From assembly GCA_000004985.1 (NCBI GenBank), contig GG739137.1: a DNA stretch of 7,450 nucleotides; one strand, written 5' to 3'. The position numbers were made by a program, and so were the translations under genes. The DNA comes from Naegleria gruberi (taxonomy: Eukaryota). The notes below the pieces were generated by a model, which saw only the letters and a program-made list of their open reading frames with translations, was not told where the DNA came from and did not search any database. Shown one piece after another: positions 1-7,450 of this stretch. How positions within the stretch are numbered: the stretch's first letter is position 1; each line of letters begins with the position of its first letter.

Positions 1-375
1 CAGAGATCCAAACCATTCCCTCCCCCAATGAAACTCTGCAAGGAAATGGTAGAAGGTATGGGAGGAAGTAAGAGTGAAGGTTACATCAAATTTAAAGAGC
101 TATGTGTGACTGCTTACAATATTTTGAGAAAGTCGGCTCACTTGATTTTGAACATGTTTATTCTCATGATTGATGCCAATATTCGTGATTTGGAACATGG
201 TGCAGGTATGGATCCTATTAGAAATATCATGAAAGTTCAGGAAAAGTTTAAACTTGACCTAAATGATCAAGAAGCAAACGTCTACATGCAAAGTATTATC
301 AATGAAAGTGAAAAAGCTCTCTTCCCTCAACTCATGGAAAATATCCACAGATGGGCTCAATATTGGAGATCCTAA
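1..375 (+). CDS. VPS34: Phosphatidylinositol 3-kinase class III (Vps34/PIK3C3), C-terminal part of the catalytic domain. It is 5'-partial: the frame is open to the window edge. Stop TAA is at 373-375.
   Basis: Frame 1 is open from nt 1 ([22 protein letters not shown]...). It is collinear, without gaps, with the human PIK3C3 C-terminus (recalled as ...[29 protein letters not shown]...LILNLFSLMVDANIPDI...[31 protein letters not shown]...IHKFAQYWRK*) and ends with the same AQYWR-x-stop. The ORF track's start at 28 is an internal Met. Confidence 0.85.
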   Translation, partial: [124 protein letters not shown]

Positions 376-514
376 ACAATACAATTTCTTTTATTTACCA
401 TGTTAAAGTGAAATTTCTTATTCAAATCGTATTGTTTTTGTTTTCGCATTCATTCCACAAAGCAATTTAATTGGAAATTTGAATAATAATGTCCCAACTT
501 TGGCTTGCCTTTTG

Positions 515-520
515 AATAAA
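515..520 (+). promoter_or_regulatory. Canonical AATAAA polyadenylation signal in the Vps34 3' UTR, about 140 nt after the stop
   Basis: Hexamer aataaa read at 515-520 inside ttgaataaaaatc. It lies between the Vps34 stop (375) and the next gene's ATG (606). Confidence 0.4.
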
Positions 521-542
521 AATCATTATTGAATTATTTTCA

Positions 543-550
543 TATAATAT
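543..550 (+). promoter_or_regulatory. TATA-like element (tataatat) and adjacent T-tracts, about 56 bp upstream of the Eaf6 ATG
   Basis: catataatattaatttttatttttg at 541-566. Position and composition fit a core promoter for the downstream + strand gene. This rests on sequence motif only. Confidence 0.2.
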
Positions 551-605
551 TAATTTTTATTTTTGAAATTGAAAAGAATTTTCTTATTGAGTGTGTACTG
601 TATGG

Positions 606-1124
606 ATGGAAGAACTTTTGAGAAGGAGACAAAAATTAGAGGACGAATTAAAGATTCTCCAACAAGAAATCTATCAATCGGAGGAGAATTACATTCAAGA
701 TACATGGCATAATGGTAATGCAATCAAAGGCTACGATGGCTATTTATCAAACAAATCATCACAGAGAGGAAAATCATCATCATCAGCTTCAACCTCTTCA
801 TCAACATACAAAATCAAGGAGAAGGACAGGATATTCTCAGATTCATCTCTATTTCTCAAGTTTGATAAGAAGGGACGTAGAGAGAGGGATACTTCATGTC
901 TTTCCTATGGAAGAATTGAATTTGTTGATGAATCGTCTTTAATTTGGGATCCAGTTCCAATTAATATTCATCATTCAATGTCATCTTTTTCTATGAGTAA
1001 TAATAATATTGTTAATAGTAGTGAAGAAGAGAATGTCATGCTAAATGGTGATCAAAGCCTTTCGGATCAACATTTAATGCCTCCACCACCAAAACAAATT
1101 AGAAATCAATTTTCTAACAAGTGA
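606..1124 (+). CDS. EAF6: Eaf6/MEAF6-family protein (NuA4/HBO1 histone acetyltransferase complex subunit). It is a single exon of 172 aa with stop TGA at 1122-1124.
   Basis: The translation MEELLRRRQKLEDELKILQQEIYQSEENYIQDTWHNGNAIKGYDGYL...YKIKEKDRIFSDSS matches the conserved MEAF6 core (human ...[30 protein letters not shown]...RKFKEAERLFSKSS; yeast Eaf6 ...GNIIKGFD...NNDRIFSLSS). The first in-frame ATG is at 606. The ORF-track start at 591 is a GTG. Confidence 0.75.
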   Translation: MEELLRRRQKLEDELKILQQEIYQSEENYIQDTWHNGNAIKGYDGYLSNKSSQRGKSSSSASTSSSTYKIKEKDRIFSDSSLFLKFDKKGRRERDTSCLSYGRIEFVDESSLIWDPVPINIHHSMSSFSMSNNNIVNSSEEENVMLNGDQSLSDQHLMPPPPKQIRNQFSNK

Positions 1125-1179
1125 ATATAACCGATAATAATTTAACAAGTGTGATATTACATGATCAGTTTTAAAGCTG

Positions 1180-4100
1180 NNNNNNNNNNNNNNNNNNNNN
1201 NNNNNNNNNNNNNNNNNNNNNNNNNNNNNNNNNNNNNNNNNNNNNNNNNNNNNNNNNNNNNNNNNNNNNNNNNNNNNNNNNNNNNNNNNNNNNNNNNNNN
1301 NNNNNNNNNNNNNNNNNNNNNNNNNNNNNNNNNNNNNNNNNNNNNNNNNNNNNNNNNNNNNNNNNNNNNNNNNNNNNNNNNNNNNNNNNNNNNNNNNNNN
1401 NNNNNNNNNNNNNNNNNNNNNNNNNNNNNNNNNNNNNNNNNNNNNNNNNNNNNNNNNNNNNNNNNNNNNNNNNNNNNNNNNNNNNNNNNNNNNNNNNNNN
1501 NNNNNNNNNNNNNNNNNNNNNNNNNNNNNNNNNNNNNNNNNNNNNNNNNNNNNNNNNNNNNNNNNNNNNNNNNNNNNNNNNNNNNNNNNNNNNNNNNNNN
1601 NNNNNNNNNNNNNNNNNNNNNNNNNNNNNNNNNNNNNNNNNNNNNNNNNNNNNNNNNNNNNNNNNNNNNNNNNNNNNNNNNNNNNNNNNNNNNNNNNNNN
1701 NNNNNNNNNNNNNNNNNNNNNNNNNNNNNNNNNNNNNNNNNNNNNNNNNNNNNNNNNNNNNNNNNNNNNNNNNNNNNNNNNNNNNNNNNNNNNNNNNNNN
1801 NNNNNNNNNNNNNNNNNNNNNNNNNNNNNNNNNNNNNNNNNNNNNNNNNNNNNNNNNNNNNNNNNNNNNNNNNNNNNNNNNNNNNNNNNNNNNNNNNNNN
1901 NNNNNNNNNNNNNNNNNNNNNNNNNNNNNNNNNNNNNNNNNNNNNNNNNNNNNNNNNNNNNNNNNNNNNNNNNNNNNNNNNNNNNNNNNNNNNNNNNNNN
2001 NNNNNNNNNNNNNNNNNNNNNNNNNNNNNNNNNNNNNNNNNNNNNNNNNNNNNNNNNNNNNNNNNNNNNNNNNNNNNNNNNNNNNNNNNNNNNNNNNNNN
2101 NNNNNNNNNNNNNNNNNNNNNNNNNNNNNNNNNNNNNNNNNNNNNNNNNNNNNNNNNNNNNNNNNNNNNNNNNNNNNNNNNNNNNNNNNNNNNNNNNNNN
2201 NNNNNNNNNNNNNNNNNNNNNNNNNNNNNNNNNNNNNNNNNNNNNNNNNNNNNNNNNNNNNNNNNNNNNNNNNNNNNNNNNNNNNNNNNNNNNNNNNNNN
2301 NNNNNNNNNNNNNNNNNNNNNNNNNNNNNNNNNNNNNNNNNNNNNNNNNNNNNNNNNNNNNNNNNNNNNNNNNNNNNNNNNNNNNNNNNNNNNNNNNNNN
2401 NNNNNNNNNNNNNNNNNNNNNNNNNNNNNNNNNNNNNNNNNNNNNNNNNNNNNNNNNNNNNNNNNNNNNNNNNNNNNNNNNNNNNNNNNNNNNNNNNNNN
2501 NNNNNNNNNNNNNNNNNNNNNNNNNNNNNNNNNNNNNNNNNNNNNNNNNNNNNNNNNNNNNNNNNNNNNNNNNNNNNNNNNNNNNNNNNNNNNNNNNNNN
2601 NNNNNNNNNNNNNNNNNNNNNNNNNNNNNNNNNNNNNNNNNNNNNNNNNNNNNNNNNNNNNNNNNNNNNNNNNNNNNNNNNNNNNNNNNNNNNNNNNNNN
2701 NNNNNNNNNNNNNNNNNNNNNNNNNNNNNNNNNNNNNNNNNNNNNNNNNNNNNNNNNNNNNNNNNNNNNNNNNNNNNNNNNNNNNNNNNNNNNNNNNNNN
2801 NNNNNNNNNNNNNNNNNNNNNNNNNNNNNNNNNNNNNNNNNNNNNNNNNNNNNNNNNNNNNNNNNNNNNNNNNNNNNNNNNNNNNNNNNNNNNNNNNNNN
2901 NNNNNNNNNNNNNNNNNNNNNNNNNNNNNNNNNNNNNNNNNNNNNNNNNNNNNNNNNNNNNNNNNNNNNNNNNNNNNNNNNNNNNNNNNNNNNNNNNNNN
3001 NNNNNNNNNNNNNNNNNNNNNNNNNNNNNNNNNNNNNNNNNNNNNNNNNNNNNNNNNNNNNNNNNNNNNNNNNNNNNNNNNNNNNNNNNNNNNNNNNNNN
3101 NNNNNNNNNNNNNNNNNNNNNNNNNNNNNNNNNNNNNNNNNNNNNNNNNNNNNNNNNNNNNNNNNNNNNNNNNNNNNNNNNNNNNNNNNNNNNNNNNNNN
3201 NNNNNNNNNNNNNNNNNNNNNNNNNNNNNNNNNNNNNNNNNNNNNNNNNNNNNNNNNNNNNNNNNNNNNNNNNNNNNNNNNNNNNNNNNNNNNNNNNNNN
3301 NNNNNNNNNNNNNNNNNNNNNNNNNNNNNNNNNNNNNNNNNNNNNNNNNNNNNNNNNNNNNNNNNNNNNNNNNNNNNNNNNNNNNNNNNNNNNNNNNNNN
3401 NNNNNNNNNNNNNNNNNNNNNNNNNNNNNNNNNNNNNNNNNNNNNNNNNNNNNNNNNNNNNNNNNNNNNNNNNNNNNNNNNNNNNNNNNNNNNNNNNNNN
3501 NNNNNNNNNNNNNNNNNNNNNNNNNNNNNNNNNNNNNNNNNNNNNNNNNNNNNNNNNNNNNNNNNNNNNNNNNNNNNNNNNNNNNNNNNNNNNNNNNNNN
3601 NNNNNNNNNNNNNNNNNNNNNNNNNNNNNNNNNNNNNNNNNNNNNNNNNNNNNNNNNNNNNNNNNNNNNNNNNNNNNNNNNNNNNNNNNNNNNNNNNNNN
3701 NNNNNNNNNNNNNNNNNNNNNNNNNNNNNNNNNNNNNNNNNNNNNNNNNNNNNNNNNNNNNNNNNNNNNNNNNNNNNNNNNNNNNNNNNNNNNNNNNNNN
3801 NNNNNNNNNNNNNNNNNNNNNNNNNNNNNNNNNNNNNNNNNNNNNNNNNNNNNNNNNNNNNNNNNNNNNNNNNNNNNNNNNNNNNNNNNNNNNNNNNNNN
3901 NNNNNNNNNNNNNNNNNNNNNNNNNNNNNNNNNNNNNNNNNNNNNNNNNNNNNNNNNNNNNNNNNNNNNNNNNNNNNNNNNNNNNNNNNNNNNNNNNNNN
4001 NNNNNNNNNNNNNNNNNNNNNNNNNNNNNNNNNNNNNNNNNNNNNNNNNNNNNNNNNNNNNNNNNNNNNNNNNNNNNNNNNNNNNNNNNNNNNNNNNNNN

Positions 4101-6377
4101 NNNNNNNNNNNNNNNNNNNNNNNNNNNNNNNNNNNNNNNNNNNNNNNNNNNNNNNNNNNNNNNNNNNNNNNNNNNNNNNNNNNNNNNNNNNNNNNNNNNN
4201 NNNNNNNNNNNNNNNNNNNNNNNNNNNNNNNNNNNNNNNNNNNNNNNNNNNNNNNNNNNNNNNNNNNNNNNNNNNNNNNNNNNNNNNNNNNNNNNNNNNN
4301 NNNNNNNNNNNNNNNNNNNNNNNNNNNNNNNNNNNNNNNNNNNNNNNNNNNNNNNNNNNNNNNNNNNNNNNNNNNNNNNNNNNNNNNNNNNNNNNNNNNN
4401 NNNNNNNNNNNNNNNNNNNNNNNNNNNNNNNNNNNNNNNNNNNNNNNNNNNNNNNNNNNNNNNNNNNNNNNNNNNNNNNNNNNNNNNNNNNNNNNNNNNN
4501 NNNNNNNNNNNNNNNNNNNNNNNNNNNNNNNNNNNNNNNNNNNNNNNNNNNNNNNNNNNNNNNNNNNNNNNNNNNNNNNNNNNNNNNNNNNNNNNNNNNN
4601 NNNNNNNNNNNNNNNNNNNNNNNNNNNNNNNNNNNNNNNNNNNNNNNNNNNNNNNNNNNNNNNNNNNNNNNNNNNNNNNNNNNNNNNNNNNNNNNNNNNN
4701 NNNNNNNNNNNNNNNNNNNNNNNNNNNNNNNNNNNNNNNNNNNNNNNNNNNNNNNNNNNNNNNNNNNNNNNNNNNNNNNNNNNNNNNNNNNNNNNNNNNN
4801 NNNNNNNNNNNNNNNNNNNNNNNNNNNNNNNNNNNNNNNNNNNNNNNNNNNNNNNNNNNNNNNNNNNNNNNNNNNNNNNNNNNNNNNNNNNNNNNNNNNN
4901 NNNNNNNNNNNNNNNNNNNNNNNNNNNNNNNNNNNNNNNNNNNNNNNNNNNNNNNNNNNNNNNNNNNNNNNNNNNNNNNNNNNNNNNNNNNNNNNNNNNN
5001 NNNNNNNNNNNNNNNNNNNNNNNNNNNNNNNNNNNNNNNNNNNNNNNNNNNNNNNNNNNNNNNNNNNNNNNNNNNNNNNNNNNNNNNNNNNNNNNNNNNN
5101 NNNNNNNNNNNNNNNNNNNNNNNNNNNNNNNNNNNNNNNNNNNNNNNNNNNNNNNNNNNNNNNNNNNNNNNNNNNNNNNNNNNNNNNNNNNNNNNNNNNN
5201 NNNNNNNNNNNNNNNNNNNNNNNNNNNNNNNNNNNNNNNNNNNNNNNNNNNNNNNNNNNNNNNNNNNNNNNNNNNNNNNNNNNNNNNNNNNNNNNNNNNN
5301 NNNNNNNNNNNNNNNNNNNNNNNNNNNNNNNNNNNNNNNNNNNNNNNNNNNNNNNNNNNNNNNNNNNNNNNNNNNNNNNNNNNNNNNNNNNNNNNNNNNN
5401 NNNNNNNNNNNNNNNNNNNNNNNNNNNNNNNNNNNNNNNNNNNNNNNNNNNNNNNNNNNNNNNNNNNNNNNNNNNNNNNNNNNNNNNNNNNNNNNNNNNN
5501 NNNNNNNNNNNNNNNNNNNNNNNNNNNNNNNNNNNNNNNNNNNNNNNNNNNNNNNNNNNNNNNNNNNNNNNNNNNNNNNNNNNNNNNNNNNNNNNNNNNN
5601 NNNNNNNNNNNNNNNNNNNNNNNNNNNNNNNNNNNNNNNNNNNNNNNNNNNNNNNNNNNNNNNNNNNNNNNNNNNNNNNNNNNNNNNNNNNNNNNNNNNN
5701 NNNNNNNNNNNNNNNNNNNNNNNNNNNNNNNNNNNNNNNNNNNNNNNNNNNNNNNNNNNNNNNNNNNNNNNNNNNNNNNNNNNNNNNNNNNNNNNNNNNN
5801 NNNNNNNNNNNNNNNNNNNNNNNNNNNNNNNNNNNNNNNNNNNNNNNNNNNNNNNNNNNNNNNNNNNNNNNNNNNNNNNNNNNNNNNNNNNNNNNNNNNN
5901 NNNNNNNNNNNNNNNNNNNNNNNNNNNNNNNNNNNNNNNNNNNNNNNNNNNNNNNNNNNNNNNNNNNNNNNNNNNNNNNNNNNNNNNNNNNNNNNNNNNN
6001 NNNNNNNNNNNNNNNNNNNNNNNNNNNNNNNNNNNNNNNNNNNNNNNNNNNNNNNNNNNNNNNNNNNNNNNNNNNNNNNNNNNNNNNNNNNNNNNNNNNN
6101 NNNNNNNNNNNNNNNNNNNNNNNNNNNNNNNNNNNNNNNNNNNNNNNNNNNNNNNNNNNNNNNNNNNNNNNNNNNNNNNNNNNNNNNNNNNNNNNNNNNN
6201 NNNNNNNNNNNNNNNNNNNNNNNNNNNNNNNNNNNNNNNNNNNNNNNNNNNNNNNNNNNNNNNNNNNNNNNNNNNNNNNNNNNNNNNNNNNNNNNNNNNN
6301 NNNNNNNNNNNNNNNNNNNNNNNNNNNNNNNNNNNNNNNNNNNNNNNNNNNNNNNNNNNNNNNNNNNNNNNNNNNNN
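1180..6377. other. Run of 5198 N (assembly gap or masked region). No sequence information.
   Basis: Uninterrupted n from 1180 to 6377. ORF-track proteins consisting of X arise from translating this run. Confidence 0.99.
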
Positions 6378-6955
6378 ATTGCCACATTACTATCAGTATG
6401 GATTTTAATCTTGGAGTCTCTTGGGATAACTTTAGCTGCTGTAATAATAGAGCATATTTCAGCTACATTATTTGAATATTGATCATTAATATGGAGGGAT
6501 AAAGATCTAACTGGAGTGTTCATATTGGAGCAATCATAGATATTAATCCCCATTCCAGTCTTTGATTCGAGTCTTGATCCGTCAGTGTGAATATCAAAAT
6601 TATTTCCTGTTTTGATTTTTTTCAACTTGAATTTCATTTCATTTTTCTTAAGTGTGAGGTTGTATTCTTTTAGTACTAGTAGCCATTTCGAATAAATATT
6701 GTCTTTCGTTTCCTCACAGTGCTTGATACCATGTTTGAAAGCTTTCTTGACGAGTAAATTGTTACTGTTAGCAATTAAGGTCATGGTTCTTAGGTTCATT
6801 CTTTCAGAAAATTCTACAATAGATGGTAGTCCTAATCCACCTTTTTCTAATGGTAAGTGGAATAAGCTGGTTGGTGTTTTCCTGTCCATATATAGTTTTC
6901 TTCTAATTGCTCCTCTAATGGCTATATCAATTTGAGATGAAAAGAAATATGGCAA
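6378..6955 (-). mobile_element. Non-LTR (LINE-like) retrotransposon fragment: 3' part of the RT (GGLGLP thumb motif) plus an RNase H domain. It is 5'-truncated (or at least its frame begins at a stop) and continues into the N gap.
   Basis: The - strand frame is open for 192 codons from 6955 down to the gap. ...HLPLEKGGLGLPSIVEFSERMNLRTM (GGLGL at 6827-6841) resembles the conserved post-RT GGL(G/T)LP region of LINE ORF2s (L1 ORF2 has ...KAGGITLPDFKLYYKA). Then comes FDIHTDGS (catalytic D at 6581-6583), then TGMGI, then NNVAEICSIITAAKVI (E at 6458-6460) and KIKIHTDSNVA (D at 6392-6394). This is the standard RNase H DG...E...D signature in the correct order. Confidence 0.7.
6378..6955 (-). CDS. 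Retroelement pol/ORF2 fragment (RT C-terminal region plus RNase H). It is partial at both ends: the upstream frame is closed by TAG at 6956-6958 and the downstream end is lost in the gap.
   Basis: Same open frame as the mobile_element entry. A 579-nt stop-free frame in ~70% AT DNA is very unlikely by chance. The nominal start at 6953-6955 is TTG, not ATG. Confidence 0.65.
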
Positions 6956-7443
6956 CTAATACTAGACCTAACAAACGTAAATCTAATTACAATCTTAATC
7001 AAATAATTAATGTAATTTGCTACAAAGATGTTACTAACGAATTTGTTGAACAAATTACAGACCTACTCGGTGACTCTGTAATCATTAGAGTTAATCGATA
7101 CTGTAATAATATTATTAATGTAATTTGCCCTGATGAAACCAGTTATAAAGAGTGTTTCAATCAATTAGTGCAAGGAAGTCATGGAGGAAAATTCATATTA
7201 GAATGCTTTCCATCTCCAGCAATCTTTAATCCTAAACCTTTAGCACTTTCACATACTACTTCCAGTAAAACTACTCACCTTAAAATGCTAGAAAATATTA
7301 TTAGCAAATATATATTGGAAGATAATATTTCTGTTGAGGAACTCTACACTAACTATTCTCATAACCAATTTATAATTAGAATATCATTTGAGGATCAAAC
7401 TATTGCTCTCAAATGGCACAAAATCTTGGTTAAATCAATATAA
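6937..7443 (+). CDS. Hypothetical protein, 168 aa, with no family recognised. It has a basic N-terminus (TRPNKRKSNYN) and an in-frame internal direct repeat (N-x-I-I-N-V-I-C).
   Basis: ATG at 6937 (second ATG at 6949) and stop TAA at 7441-7443. An in-frame stop lies 21 nt upstream at 6916-6918. The ORF is 507 nt in AT-rich DNA. The 18-mer at(a/t)attaatgtaatttgc occurs at 7003-7020 and 7111-7128, 108 nt apart and in frame. It overlaps the start of the - strand retroelement frame by 19 nt. Confidence 0.45.
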   Translation: MKRNMATNTRPNKRKSNYNLNQIINVICYKDVTNEFVEQITDLLGDSVIIRVNRYCNNIINVICPDETSYKECFNQLVQGSHGGKFILECFPSPAIFNPKPLALSHTTSSKTTHLKMLENIISKYILEDNISVEELYTNYSHNQFIIRISFEDQTIALKWHKILVKSI

Positions 7444-7450
7444 AACTATA

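Noticed and set aside
376-605. Search for a tRNA or other small RNA gene in the intergenic region (relevant because some retroelements target tRNA genes)
   Set aside because: No GC-rich cloverleaf-capable segment or A-box/B-box-like motifs were seen. The region is uniformly AT-rich 3' UTR/promoter-like sequence.
712-942. 76-aa + strand ORF with a His-rich stretch (HHREENHHHQLQPLHQH)
   Set aside because: It lies entirely within the Eaf6 CDS in another frame. The His/Gln richness comes from reading the (TCA)n serine-rich codons out of frame. It is a spurious overlapping ORF.
6699-6935. 78-aa + strand ORF (MSFVSSQCLIPCLKAF...)
   Set aside because: It is antisense to, and wholly contained in, the retroelement RT-thumb coding region. 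It has no recognisable motif and a hydrophobic low-complexity composition typical of antisense reads of AT-rich coding DNA.
1157-6955. Very long ORFs from the track (1932 aa on the - strand, 1773 aa on the + strand, 1738 aa on the - strand) consisting almost entirely of X
   Set aside because: They result from translating the 5198-nt N run. Only the termini are real sequence. The - strand 6378-6955 part is real and is reported separately. The + strand tail IATLLSVWILILESLGITLAAVIIEHISATLFEY (6378-6482) is merely antisense to the RNase H coding region.
1-7450. Possibility of a prokaryotic defence or mobile system (CRISPR, RM, toxin-antitoxin)
   Set aside because: The readable sequence is plainly eukaryotic nuclear DNA. 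It holds Vps34 and Eaf6 homologues, an AATAAA signal and a LINE-like retroelement with RNase H. There are no CRISPR-like direct repeats, no Shine-Dalgarno-linked operon structure and no bacterial gene families. Anything inside the N run cannot be evaluated.
1-7450. Attempt to use CTG-codon avoidance to call a CTG-clade yeast
   Set aside because: No in-frame CTG codons were seen in the ~460 readable codons. CTG is rare in any ~70% AT genome, so this does not discriminate, and host assignment is left open.

Overview
This is an AT-rich (~68-70% AT) eukaryotic nuclear sequence, not prokaryotic. Only about 2.25 kb is readable (1-1179 and 6378-7450), because 1180-6377 is a run of 5198 N. The left block holds two closely spaced, intron-free + strand genes. 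The first (1-375) is the C-terminal end of a class III PI3-kinase (Vps34/PIK3C3). It is collinear with human PIK3C3 up to the conserved ...AQYWR(K/S)* terminus and is followed by an AATAAA signal. The second (ATG at 606 to 1124) is a homologue of the NuA4 subunit Eaf6/MEAF6. The right block carries, on the - strand, an uninterrupted 192-codon frame. It encodes the C-terminal RT region of a LINE-like non-LTR retrotransposon (the ...P-x-x-x-GGLGLP motif) followed by a clear RNase H domain (HTDGS ... AEICSI ... KIHTDS). This frame begins right after a stop at 6956-6958 and runs into the N gap, which fits a 5'-truncated retroelement copy and a repeat-induced assembly gap. Directly abutting it, on the + strand, is a 168-aa orphan ORF (6937-7443) with an in-frame internal direct repeat. 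The very long ORFs in the track that span the N run are artefacts. No bacterial-style system (CRISPR, RM, toxin-antitoxin) can be supported, and anything in the masked 5.2 kb cannot be assessed. The host lineage cannot be fixed from this window. The gene compactness, the low-complexity Ser/Asn tracts and the similarity of the Eaf6 match to yeast suggest a compact AT-rich lower eukaryote (yeast-like fungus or amoebozoan), held with low confidence.
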